From assembly GCF_006345805.1 (NCBI RefSeq), contig NC_043016.1:1922001-1986000 (forward strand): DNA of 64,000 nucleotides, written 5' to 3'. The stretch comes from Octopus sinensis. Taxonomy: Eukaryota. Position 1 is the first letter of the stretch. Each line of letters begins with the position of its first letter. This document shows positions 26,354 to 39,541 of this stretch, piece after piece. Below the pieces are notes generated by a model. It had not been told where the DNA came from. It made no database searches and saw only the letters and a list, made by a program, of their open reading frames with translations. Made by a program: the position numbers and the translations under genes.

Positions 26354-29300
26354 AATGTTTTACTTATTTGAATATATTTTTTTTTCTAAGAAGAAATTTT
26401 TCTCCATGTTGTGTGTGATGAAATTCACATGACTTCACCAGTAAATAAATAAAGGGATGTAATTGGTTGTCGTTATTATTGTAGGTAAGGGAGATAACTG
26501 TCAGCTTTCGGTAATGGGAAGGTAATATATATGTGTACATACAGATACAAGTTTCAAAAACCCTTTGTTTAGTGAGGGAATTTATGTACAGTGATGTAAT
26601 CGTGAATTAAAATATGTAAAAATATAAAAGTTGGTTATATTAAGAAGTGTTTTGTATTTTTCAATGAAAAAAGTTTCTTTATTTAAACGTTCTAGTTGAG
26701 AGATTGTGTCTTTGCACTATTAGAAAGGGAAGACTGTGAAATTTGGTTTGATGTTATCTGCACATTTTTCTACATGTTCACTGAGGGGAATTTGTCTGTA
26801 TTGAGGGAAACGGATTTGCTCTTTATGTAGAGTGGTTCTCTTTCTCAAGGTCATACTCGTTTGTTCAATATAGTTGTGTCCGCAACTCGAGCAGGTTATT
26901 ACAAAACGTTGGAACAAAACGTACAGGAGAAACACAAAGTGATTAACTTATCAAAGAAAACTCTATCCATAACAAAAATCAATATACTAGCCAAAGGTTT
27001 AAAGTTCACCCCAACCCTACGAAGAGCTAACCATAATGAATTATGACAATATTCTGCAGAAAACTATACCCCGCAGAAGCACTAACTGACTATGACAATG
27101 AAGATGAATCACTAGTCAAAACAGAAGTAATTACCTTCCACATAAGGGTAGGAATAAAAACACTGTGATGACTTCTGCAACCATATCCAAAATTTCCCCT
27201 TACATATCCATTAAACAAAAATTAATCCTAACCTCAACAATCTAGAATGGAAAAATCTGACTGAACTACAAAACGACAAAGACCTGACAATTAAAGAAGC
27301 TGACAAAGGAAGTACTGTAGTTCTCATGGACACAGAACACTATAAAACTAGTACCATCCATACTAGAAAACGAGGCCTTCTACGAAAAGTTATAAACTAT
27401 AAACAAACGACGAAAAACCAGGAAAAATCGTGCATCCTTAATTCTTCTACATGGAAAGGCCTGAGAGAAAAAGAACAGACTACATCACACGAACTTCAAA
27501 TGTAAACCCAGTCTTTTTTACGGCCTCCCTAAAATACACAAAAGCAAGATATCAATGAAGCCTGCAAACAGTCACCAGGCAAATATTAAATATCCAAACG
27601 CCAGAAGACTTGACTTTAAGACCCATTGTCGCTGGGCCGGCCTGTGAAACCCACCGCCTAAGCAACTTCTAGACATCCTACTGAAACACTTGCTGAAATA
27701 CATCAAAAGTTTCATTAGAGATGATTTAGACTGCTAGAACACCTACCACAAACGATTAATGAAGAGGCAATATTGGTTACCCTCGATGTTATCAATCTTT
27801 ACACCAACATCCCCCACATGACTATGGAAAAAAGCAGTAAATTCTGGTTGGAAAAGTACCACCGACGTCCTCCCGGAACGCATAAACCAGATCTTTATTA
27901 TTGAATCCTTAAAATTTATACTTCAGAACAATTATTTCCTATTTGGTGACACATACTATCGTCAGAAATGCGGAATTGCGATGGGAACGAAAGCAGCTCC
28001 TGTTGTTGCGAACCTAATAATGGCTTATTTTGAATTCACCTTACATGAAATATCACTTCAGAAAAATTGTTACCTATTTTACCTCTACATAAGAGAAAAT
28101 TGGAAGATGACTGCTTTATCATTTGGAAGGAGAATAGCGACAAAATTTTGGACTTCAAATCAACACTAAATGATATAAATAGTAACATTCATTTCACAAT
28201 AGAATATAACAAAGAGCAACTTCCATTTTTAGACATCATGATAAAAAAAAGTTAACAATGAAATCATAACTGACATTATAAACCAACTGATTCAAAACAA
28301 TATCTTCTCTTTAACTCATGCCGCCCGAAACACATCAAAATAAACATCCCTTTCAATTTAGCAAAAGGATTTGCACAATAGTGTCTGATAGAACAACTCG
28401 GGACCCGTCGTCTTCAGGACCGGACTCAAAACAACGCTTATTGAAAGACAATATCCACCACCCCCTATCGACGAGGGAATTAAACTGTCAAACAATTAGA
28501 CACAAAAACAACTAAGAACAACAAACATAACACCGCACACCGCAACTCAAAACATTACTATTTATATCAACACACAACCCCAGAAAGAACAGTTAGGCAT
28601 TCAACACTATCTTGCAAACTCTTCCTTTGCTAAATTGAGATCCAAAAATGAACGACATCCTGAAAACACAACAAACTCATCAAATGCAAAAACAAGACAA
28701 ATCGCTAAAGAGATTACTAACAAATGCGAAGCTTTACAAAACAACCACGAAACAAAGGTTGAAAAATGTGGACGCCAAACTGTGGAACCTGCCCCAACAT
28801 GCTTGAAGGCTCGGATTTCCTTTTCAAACAAGGACAGAGGTTCACAATTAAGACTAGTTTCACTTGTGCCTCTGAGAACCTAATTTATGTAATAACCTGC
28901 ACGGGTTGCGGACACAACTATATTGAACAAACGTGTATGAACTTGAGAAATAGAACCACTCTACATTAAGAGCAAATCCGTTTCCCGCAATACTGGCAAA
29001 TTCCTCTCAGTGAACATATAGAAAAATGTGCAGATAACATCAAACCAAATTTCACTGTCTTCCCTTTCTACCAGTGCAAAGACGCAATCTCTCAACTAGA
29101 ACGTTTAAATAAATAAACTTTTTTCATTGAAAGATACAAAACACTTCTTAATATAACCAACTTTTATCGTTTTACATATTTTAATTAACGATTACATCAC
29201 TGTACCTAAATCCCCTCACTAAACAAGGTTTTTGAAACTTGTCTCTGCATGTACACATATATATTCCCTTTCCATTACCGAAAGCTGAAAAGTTATCTCC

Positions 29301-29442
29301 CTTACCTATAAAAATAACAATAATAACGACAACCAATTACATCCCTTTATTTATTTACTTGTGAAGTCATGTGAATTTCATCACACACAACATGGAGAGA
29401 ATTTCTTCGTAACAAAAATATATATATTCAAATAAGTAAAAC

Positions 29443-29477
29443 ATATCATGAATAGCGATAGCGAAACCGGTCGATAT
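29443..29477 (+). ncRNA. Minimal hammerhead, A3-U8 variant
   Basis: atatc ATGAATA GC gata GC GAAAC CG GTC gatat. Confidence 0.75.
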
Positions 29478-29619
29478 ATTAAAAATTATATTAAAACTAC
29501 GTAAGTGTGCGTATTTTCCGTTTTTTATTTCTTATATACATTACAACTCACCACGAGGGGATAATCGAAATTCCTCTTTTCTGGTTCTCTGCATTTAATC
29601 ATCGTAGAACCACCCCACT

Positions 29620-31020
29620 ACAATAATAAGAGGCCTTTGAGTAGTAATGTGTTTAGGGATACTCGTATTAGGTACAGATATAAGAAAATTAATAATCTTG
29701 ACAAGGAGTTAAACAAAACGGGAGGTTCACTGTCTAGAATCAGGGAAGTTGTTTGGTTCGCTCCCCCTTTCTCCCTTAGAGTAAGGAACTTACCAAAAAT
29801 GTTTTTTAGAATTCTGAAGAACTTCCCAAGGAATCATAAATACTATAGTATTTGCAACAAGTCAACGATCAAGTTCTCTTACTCTGTAATGCCTAATTTT
29901 GCTTCGATTATTGCATCAATCAATAGAAGCAAGCTTACTGGGCGGGATAGTTGGAAAGGTTCCTTTGAAGATGACCAAGGACCTGCGAATAATAATTCTG
30001 TAACGCCTAATGCCAATGGTACAAACAGTCTACCGTCACCGGGTCTGTCGAACCCACGTAATAAGGGAAGATGTGATGGAATGAAAGAGGGAAACCTGTC
30101 TAGAACTGATGATACAAAAAGTGACAAGTGATGATACAAAGGTAACAATAGAAATAAAACTAGGAAAGGCCCCGGGAAGAAATGTAATTGTAGAAACCCT
30201 GAATTATGTCCCTTAGATGGTTCCTGTCTAGTTACTAACGTCATATATATATGTGTAGTCAAGGACGAGGATAAGTTAAATAAATTGTATATAGGTAGCA
30301 CGGTAGATTTTAAGGCTAGATATAGATCGCATATGAGCTCATTTTCTAACGATAAATATTGTAATTCTACAACACTTGCATCCCATATACATAATTTGAA
30401 GAAAAATAATAAGAATTATTATCTTGAATGGTCCATTAGTGTAAGCTGTGCATAAGGGAATCCCTTACCATCCTTAGGGGTTATGAACCACACACTGAAT
30501 AAATTTACTGACGTGATTCCTTTATGCATCCATAAATTTTCATCTACCTTCTTAAAAGTGTATAGGAATAAAATAAGTTGTAGCAAGTAAATAATTTAGC
30601 TCTTACAGGGAATTGAAACTGTCGAGGTTGAATTTAATTTAATACAGCCATTTATGTAGTTAATATATTGATATAGGGTTTTTTTTTATATAGGTAGCAC
30701 GGTAGGTTTTTTAGGCTAGATATAGATTTTTTTTTTCTTTTTTAAAATTAAAAAAATTTTTTTTTAATTTTGAATATTTGGGCTGGTCTATCATGATTTC
30801 TTAAATAAGAAACTACGCAATATTGCATAAGGTTTGGTTAAGGAGGTCTCGCCCTGGTATGTGATGTTTCTTTATTTTTCCCCTGATGGAGGAGTAATTA
30901 TCGTGATGCACCCTCGTGCATTAAATACGGTGATGAACCCCTGAAATGGCCATAGGGAATGTAAATATGGTTTCTTCTTTTTTGCTTGGACACTGGCTTT
31001 TAACAATAGGTTTCCCTTAC
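29620..31020 (+). mobile_element. Second PLE family: RT thumb/linker + GIY-YIG endonuclease + pLTR
   Basis: VVWFAPPFS, IKFSYSVMPN, CNCRNPELCPLDGSCLVTNVIYICVV..LYIGSTVDFKARYRSH..TTLASHIH; partial direct repeat 30290-30326 / 30688-30726. Confidence 0.88.
30878..30959 (+). ncRNA. Type I hammerhead (A9 mutated) in the pLTR of the second PLE family
   Basis: ttccc CTGATGG AGG..long helix II..CCT GAAA TGGCCA TA gggaa; perfect 5-bp helix I and palindromic helix III. Confidence 0.7.
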
Positions 31021-31497
31021 CTTGAAAAGTAATTTTTAATCGAAAAAATTTCTAAACGATGAACTTTTATCTTACCTTATATATTATATATCATTTATTT
31101 ATATGCTTTCTATATATATGTATTTTTATAATTTTTTTTATATATCTATATATTTATATATTTCTTTATATATTTATGTATTTATTATTCTAGATGTTGT
31201 AATGTTAAAAAAAAAATATTTTTTTAGTCGCTAAATTATTAACCATTAACTTTTAACCGCGATGGACTGTATTCACACATTTTTCTTATATGCTTGTATT
31301 GGTGGGTTGTGTTTCATCTTCCGTGATTTCATTCATGTATATTCTATGTGAAAGAAAAAGCATTATGTGATTAAATGTTCGAGATGTGAAATGTTACGTG
31401 GATGACCTTGTATTTGTTTGTTCTGCAACCATAGTTTAATATATATATATATGTGTATGTATGTATGTATGTATGTATGTATGTATGTATATATATC

Positions 31498-31678
31498 TGT
31501 GTGTGTGTGTGTGAATGTATGTGTTTTGTCCCCGCCACCATCGCTTGATAACCGGTTCGGCAAAGAGACCAAGAGAATAAGTAATAGGCTTACAAAAATG
31601 AGTTCTGGGGTTGATTTGTTCGACTAAAGGCGGTGTTCCAGCATGGCCGCAGTCAAATGACTGAAACAAATAAAAGAA
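31498..31678 (+). mobile_element. SINE A 3' half
   Basis: ttgtccccgccaccatcgcttga...gtcaaatgactgaaac. Confidence 0.85.
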
Positions 31679-32220
31679 TTTATTAGCAGGACATATCAGC
31701 GGACCACGTAACATTATGGAAGAACCACTTTAAACATCTCCAAACCCTCGGAAACATTTTAATTTGGTATTTAATATATTTCAAGATGTTTTTTAAAGAA
31801 ATGAAAGAAAAGTGACCTTGAGCAAGTGTTCCTTGCCACAGCTTTGTCTTCCACCAACACAAGGCGAAAGAAATGTGGTAGTTAGAAACTATGTGGGATT
31901 CCAGTTACACACATGTACACACACATGCGCGCATGCGCGCACACGTGCAAACACATTCATAAATACGTATATACATACATGCGTACATACATATGCATAT
32001 TTTGCTAGAAAGTATGATGCCTAAGGCAGCCCTTGAGCTTGCACCTCCACCCGCACGGGCCCAAGCCCATACTAACTTATGAAGCAGACCCAAAAGCAAC
32101 GCCCCCATAAAAATATCGCCCGGGGCGGACCGCCCTAAATCCATCTGCCCAGCTAAGCTACTGACATAAACACACACACACACATACATACTTACATACA
32201 TACATGCATACATACATACA

Positions 32221-32300
<80 letters not shown>

Positions 32301-32649
32301 TAATATGTATGTATATATATTATATATATAAGTATACAAAGCAAATGTACACGAAGTACGATTATTGCTAGAAAAAAAGCCGGTAAGTTATCGGAGCTAT
32401 GTATTTGAAGAGTCTGAAACCGGTCCTGCATTCTCCGATTCTAGGTTTTTCATTTTTCAGATGTTCTTCCAAGAGGTAAGACAAATTTTTTTCATGTTTG
32501 TTGCACACACACGTCTTTACTAGTATATACGCACTTAAGCTATACAATAGCGTCGTATTTATTACGATCGCTATTTTCCAGTAAATATCGCTACTTCGTT
32601 GTACCATTTATTTACTTTGATATTATAATAATATATATACGTCTGTGTG

Positions 32650-32950
32650 AAACTGGCACGAGTGTTCCAGTTGATCCTATCAGCAGAACAGCTTGCTCGC
32701 GAAATTAACGTGCAAGTGGCTGAATACTCCACAGACACGCGCACCATAAGCGTAGTTGTGAAGGAGATTCAGTGAGAAAGAGAATGTGTCAAGACTGACC
32801 TCCTTTGAAGTACAGGTATACTTCACTTTTGCCAGTTCAGTGGACTGAAGCAACGGGAAATGAAGTGTCTTGCTCAAGGACAAAATGCGCTACCGGGTAT
32901 CCAACACGATCTTGATCCGAATACCCAAACCACTAAGCCATACGCCTTCA
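32650..32950 (-). mobile_element. SINE family C-related, older copy
   Basis: Shares the 3' domain with 21183-21559; ccttgagcaagacactt core. Confidence 0.7.
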
Positions 32951-33743
32951 CTCGCTCACACACACACACGCAAATGCAGACGCAATACACGCGTATATAT
33001 GTATGTGTGTATATACATATGCATGCATATCGATATATATGCATGTGGGTGGGTGTATATATATATATATATAGCAAATATATATATATATATCAAATAT
33101 ATGTATATATATATATATATATACATACGTATGCGTGTATATATGTGTGTACATATATAGATACATACATACTTACGTATACATACATACACATGTTTGC
33201 CTGCCTACATACATATATACACATGCATACATACACATGTGTAAGTATGGAAGCGTATTTGTGCGCAAAAGTATACTTTCTTTAGATTACAAAACCCAAA
33301 AGTTAAATAAAGATATCAAAACCAGTTTATATTGAGGAGTAAAATATATTTATTTAGTCAGCTAAAAGTGTTAATTACATGATGAGGTACCTAAGTTACT
33401 TCTTGTGAGTCGTGAAATTACTAATTAAAAACGTATGAATTAGCATTATCTTTAAGCGTTAGTGGTTAGATCGAGTGTGTTAGTTTTGTTTAATGGAAAT
33501 AGTGTTGCTTATAAGGTTTATGAGGAAAATATTGAAAGACAACCTAACTAAATAATAATGGAGGGTAATGGGAACTATTACAACGTATTTCATACTTTAA
33601 ATGAATTACGGTAAGGGTTATAAATTTCTTCATTTTTTTTTTCAAAATAGTCTTGTAGAAGGAAAAAGGATAATTAATTTACAGAAGTAGATATATAACG
33701 TCAACAAATGAGTAGATATAAATTTGTGAATAAATGATCGGTT

Positions 33744-34156
33744 AGGCATAGGAGTGCTGTGTGGTAAGTAGCTTGCTTACCAATCACATGGTTCTGGGTT
33801 CAGTCCCACTATGTGACACCTTGGGCAAATGTCTTCTGCTATAGCTTCGAGCCGACCAAAGACTTGTGAGTGGATTTGGTAGACAGAAACTGAAAAGAAG
33901 CCCGTCTTATATATGTATATGTATATATATATGTGTGTGTGTGTGTGTCTGTGTTTGTCCCCACAACATCGCTTGACAACCGATGGTGGTGTGTTTACGT
34001 CCCCATAATTTAGCGGTTCGGCAAAAGAGACCGATAGAATAAGTACTAGGCTTACAAAGAATAAGTCCTGGGGTCGATTTTCTCGACAAAAGGCGGTGCT
34101 CCAGCATGGCCACAGTCAAATGACTGAAACAACTAAAAAGAGTAAAAGAGTAAAAG
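33744..34156 (+). mobile_element. SINE family A, full length
   Basis: Head, internal microsatellite and tail all present. Confidence 0.92.
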
Positions 34157-35741
34157 ATGGTAGATATATATTTATGAGAAAAGTAAAAAAAAAATGACGG
34201 CGGTCATTTGTACTGAACAGAAACTTGGAGTAAACATGAATGATTATATTTCTATATAATTGCTTCATCTTTGGTCTTAACAACCATGCACACGTCCCCA
34301 TTTTCCCTGCCCTGTTCAAAAGAGATTCTAACATTATTATACAAAACTGTATTGTTTTATTAATAAGAAAAAATATGTATGTATCATTTGCTGTTATTAT
34401 TTTACGATGGCTGATATTAAGTATCCAAAACCTAACTAAATCCTAAGAAATCATTAAATTTTTTAATTGATTAGATTTCATTTGTGGTAAGTAAAACTGT
34501 ATATATCTAATTATACACATTCTTGTAACGACTATTAATGAAGAAATTAGGAAACAATAGGAAGAAATGAATGATTAAAAAAATTATGTTCATGTAAAAT
34601 AAATTATAATTAGTTAACCATTGTGGTAATTAATAAAATAACGTACACTATGTTTCTTATACAATATTCAGGGTGACGATTAAAATAAAATTTTTTGAAT
34701 GGGAAAAATCAAATATGTCCATGCTAATATTTAACGGCATAACTCTCGTATTTCTTTACTCCATGTACTGCGACATCAATCTTTAGATAGTAATGTGCTT
34801 TAACAGCTTTGCCTGTCTCTTTGCTTCATCTTTGTTCTTAACAACCATGCACACGTTCCCATTTTCCTTGTCCTGTTCAATGGTGTACGCATCCCACTAT
34901 TCAGCAGCCATGACTAACTCCATCTAAGTTGAGGAGTTGGAGGAAATCATAACCGATAAATAGCAGTTTATTTCATCTCCTTACGTTTTCCTAAATAAAT
35001 TTCTCGGGCAATGATGCACTTGCTTTTGTGACGTATTGCGTCCATGCTTCTCAGTTTGTTTGTAGTTGTCCGATTATACTTTAGTCTTTCAACGCTAGGA
35101 AATGTTGTGTTGTTGCTGTTGTGTGGTTGTGGTGGTGGTGGTGGTGATTTTGGTGGTGGGCAACACATCCCTATCGACCCTTACCTTCCTTTCCAAATGG
35201 GATTGTAAAAAGGTTTGTTCACGTCCCTGTAACCTAGCAATTCGGCAAAAACAAATAGAGATCGACAGTGTAAATACCAAGTACTCCATGTACTACTGTA
35301 CAATAACTTAAAATATTAAAAGATAAAAAAAGGATATATGCACATATTAGCAAAGATTTTAGTGGAGTACGGCGGCGCCCATTGCCAATATTTTGATATA
35401 TACTTTATTGTTCTAGGCAGCATATGAACACTAACGATAGCATACAGCAACTAAATTATTCTCCCACTATTTTTCCTTGATGGGGAACCTTGACAAAACC
35501 CAGCACAACTAACACACTATTATTAAGGCACAAGAATCTAGAGTGCAAAACGGTACGGCAGAATCCGGGTGGTGGTAACACAAGACAAGTACTCTACTCA
35601 GTCCACAAGCCTAGCGTGTAACATGACAGGTGAATAATCAGGGTGATGCTTGATGAGGGATGACCAACTGCATGGGTATGATTCAATTTTTAGTCCTGGG
35701 TATCTAGCTGTCAAAGAAAGATCTGTGAAAATATTAACATC

Positions 35742-35780
<39 letters not shown>

Positions 35781-35821
35781 ATACACACACACACACATAC
35801 AGACAGACACACACATATACT

Positions 35822-36350
35822 AAATGTGAGTGAGGGTGCTGGGTAGCAACTATATTGCTAGAAATGAGAGTTAAAACCCTTAGAACTGGAAGGAAGCACA
35901 CTTTCATATACTAGCAATATATGAAAATGTTCTTCCTTGCAGTTCTAAGCGTTTTAACTTTTATTTCTAGCAATATAGGTGCTACCCAACACTTTCAGTC
36001 ACAATTAGTGACGACTGAATTTTTCGTTTTTGGTTTTATGTTGCGTACTGTTGCCTCTGTAATTTTGTAATCTTTACATTAGCATGTTGCTAACTCAGCC
36101 TTACATATATATGGTAAATATATATACTGATAGTCTAAGTCATTCGGCGATGGAGTACGCAGTGCTGACTTTACAGACCGATCGAGTCTAGTCCAGTGAT
36201 CCAGCTTCGCTTATGGGGCTGTTATCTTCCCTATCAGTATATGAAAATGTGCTTCTTTACATTTCTAAGAGTTTTAACTTTTATTTCTAGCAATATAGGT
36301 ACTACCCAGCACCCACGGTCACAATTAGTGACAATTGATTATTTCCGCTT
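35822..36350. repeat. Fold-back repeat (~90-bp arms 35822-35911 / 35918-36006) plus a direct copy from 36238
   Basis: The arms are imperfect reverse complements; the third copy is in direct orientation to the right arm. Confidence 0.8.
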
Positions 36351-36400
36351 TTGGCTCTATACTGCAAATAGCTGCCTAGGTTATTTTGTGTCTGTATATA

Positions 36401-37657
36401 CGAGGGGCGTTCAATAAGTAATGCCACTGACCCGCTTGCAGTTGTTGGATCTAGCTGAAAGTTTGCATGTGCACTTATTTATACCTCTATAGATTAAGTG
36501 GCGAATTACAGCTCTGAACTAATTGTGGTTTCTGATTTACAGGTGTTTGAACTGAGTCAAGTGTGAAATGGAGCCTGTTGAGTGTCGAGCAGTGATCCGG
36601 TTTTTGTATTTGAAAGGACGCACACCACGGGAGACTTTTGATGAAATGAAAGTAACTTATGGTGATGATGCCCCATCATATGACCTTGTAAAACGCTGGC
36701 ATTGTGAATTCAAACATAGTCGGAACTCTGTGAAAACAGCTCCCAGATCTGGTCGCCCCCCTTCTGCCGTTGATGAGACGTCTGTCCGTCAAGTTGAGGC
36801 TGCCATTTTGGAAGATAGACGCATAACTATTCGCCAAATAGCCCATAAGGTCAAGATTAGTACCGGGTCTGTGGAAACTATCATTCATGACCATTTGCAT
36901 ATGCAAAAGGTGTCTGCCAGATGGATTCCCAGGTTGCTCACACCTTTCCAGAAGCAAGAATGCGTTGAGTGCTCGAGGATGAATTTGGAGATGTGCCAAG
37001 AAGATGAGTCAAAATTTTTCAAAAGACTGATCACACAGGATAAAACCTGGGTCCATCACTATGATCCATTGACCAAAGCCCAGTCAATGCAGTGAAAGCA
37101 CCGTGACTCACCTCCTCCAAAGAAGGCCAGGGTGCAGCCCTCCGCTGACAAGGTCATGCTCACAGTCTTCTGGGACGAGGACGGAGTAGTGATGACAGAT
37201 TTCCTGACAAAGGGTACCACAATTACAGGAGCCTATTATGCTTCACTTTTGAGGAAATTAAGAGAAGCTATCAAAATCAAGAGGCGGGGCAAGATCAGCA
37301 AAGGCATCCTCCTCCTGCAGGACAACGCTCCGGTCCACAACTCGCTTGTCGCCAGATCAGAAGCACAGGCGTGCAGCTATGAACTCCTCCCCTTGCACCC
37401 TCTGATTTTCACCTCTTCCCAGCCATGAAGTTGATTTTGAAAGGAAAGCGTTTCCTTGATTTCTGAAGTCACGTCGTGGTTGGAGGACCAAGCTGGGGTC
37501 TTCTACAAAAACGGTCTCCAGAGCTGTACCAAACGATGGGAGAAATGCATAACTCTAGGTAGTTCCTATGTAGGAAAAGACTAATAACTGTGCCAAGTGT
37601 CGTTGCTCTACTGCTATGGGAAGTGGGTCAGGGGCATTACTTATTGAACGACCCTCG
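36401..37657 (+). mobile_element. Mariner copy 2 (same family as 17093-18364), inactive
   Basis: Same TIRs and TA TSD; ORF from 36568 with TGG>TGA at 37093-95; deletion of the YSPD motif. Confidence 0.97.
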
Positions 37658-38079
37658 TATATATATATATACACGCACACACACAACACAAAGCGCATCG
37701 TAATATTGTATTAAGTCATTGTCCACCTTCGACAGTAGAGGACCTGTGTGTGCACGCGAAGGTGGAAGTTTAATTCAATTAACATTAGAACTGAACCCTG
37801 AATGTCTTGTCAGTCGTCAAGCTCATCCAATAATACGTGTGTGTTTGAGTGTGTGTGTGTGCGTACGCATGTATTTATACCTATACGTTTGTCTACATGT
37901 GTGTCTGTATATGTTTCTATGCATGAGTGTGCGTGTTGCAAGAATGTGCACGCGCTTCTGGCGTAATGAGCAGTCGCAGAAATAAATGAGTGTATCTATG
38001 AGTGCAGTAATACCACTTGAAAAATAGTAAATTCCGAAACAAAACCCTAGCAGCCTTGAAAGTCCGTGTTGCGTTGATT

Positions 38080-38290
38080 CTTTTACTCTTTTACATATTC
38101 CAGTCATTTGACTGCAGCCATGCTGGAGCATCGCCTTAAAGTGTTCAGTAGAAGAAATAGATCCCAGGATTTATTCTTTGTAAGCCCAGTAAATATTCTA
38201 ACGGTCTTATTTGCCGAACCGCCACTAGTTGCCAAGTGATAGTGGGAGGAGGGAGGACACACAGACACACAGACACACATACAAATACAT
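38080..38290 (-). mobile_element. SINE A 3' half (5' half at 39697-39792)
   Basis: Reverse-complement match to the other copies. Confidence 0.8.
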
Positions 38291-38292
38291 AC

Positions 38293-38346
<54 letters not shown>

Positions 38347-38621
38347 TAACCGGTGTTGTTCAAACGATGAATAGCTTTGCGTAAACATGGTCCGTTTTGT
38401 TCTCTTACTTTATTATCATCTTATAATCATCTCATAATAATGACCTTTATAACACGTATTACTACCTCAGTCAATCTAAATGTATATATTGTCACTACCT
38501 GTCATAAATAGCCTTTTTCTATTTGCAATAGACATTTTCGTTGATTTTTCATATTTTACCCTTACATTTCCACGTGTATTTTATATTTTCTTTTCGTAAC
38601 ATATTTCTATTATATATATAT

Positions 38622-38657
<36 letters not shown>

Positions 38658-38793
38658 CATACATACATACATACATACATACATACATACATACTACATA
38701 CATACATACATACATAACATACATACATACATACATACAACATACATACATACATACATACATACATGCATGCATGCATACATATATATATAG

Positions 38794-39541
38794 CAATATG
38801 AAAATGGAGGGGATCAATAGTTGGTACATCAACTTTTAGACATTATATTATGCTAACTTATTTATTTACTAAAGTGATAATTACAATAATATACATACAT
38901 ATAACATATTATGCTTTACATATAGGATATAAGATATAGTAATTTATAAGGATACCAGTAATTATTACCTTCTATATACTATATTATACCTATTGTGAAT
39001 AACAGAATGCATCTAATATTAATAATATTAGTAATAACTGATTATTGTATATGCTTATAGATGTAAATATGTATGTATATTTCAGTATATATATATAGGT
39101 ATTTATGTAAATCTATATATGTATGTATATGTATATATTAGTATTCAAACGTGTGTGAATTTTATTTATTTTATATTTATATTTATACTTATTTATAACT
39201 TAACATTATGTACTTTATAATCTCTGACGAAGCCTAAAGATATACCCAAGTACCTCATTTTCATCTAACTATTACTCCACTCCACTTGAGTAATAAAGGT
39301 AGAATGAGGTATTTTTACCTCTTGGCTGAAACAGCTGTAAGTTATTTTCCCAATTTATATTCATGTTTGTTATTTTATAATAATTACTGGTATCCTTATA
39401 CATTACTATATTTTATATCCTATATGTAAAGCATATGTTATATATATGATTGTAATTATCAGTTTAGTAAATAAATAAGTTAACATAATATAATGTCTAA
39501 AAGCTGATGCACCAACTATTGATCCCCTCCATTTCTTATTG
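38794..39541 (+). mobile_element. Non-coding fold-back element with ~170-bp inverted arms and a canonical hammerhead
   Basis: Arms 38794-38967 and 39378-39541 are reverse complements; hammerhead at 39217-39346. Confidence 0.8.
39217..39346 (+). ncRNA. Type I hammerhead with intact core and a long helix II
   Basis: CTGACGA AGCC..AAGTACCTCATT..TATTACTC..GAGTAATA..AATGAGGTATTT..GGCT GAAAC AGCT GTA; predicted cleavage after 39339. Confidence 0.8.

Larger units (their letters stand above)
26268..29590 (+). mobile_element. Penelope-like element (Neptune-like), copy 1: inverted pLTR arm 26268-26901 plus frameshifted RT and GIY-YIG
   Basis: FYGLPKIHK, RPIV, DVINLYTNIP, GIAMGTKAAP, NLIYVITC..NYIEQT; the left arm is the reverse complement of about 28895-29530. 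Confidence 0.95.

Noticed and set aside
30126-30137. In-frame TGA TGA in the second PLE ORF as possible selenocysteine recoding
   Set aside because: Explained by a local tandem duplication of tgatgatacaaa; these are not conserved Cys positions.
17093-37657. Two inverted mariners as a composite transposon
   Set aside because: Each has its own TA TSD and independent lesions, and copy 1 sits inside a contiguous LINE, indicating separate insertions.
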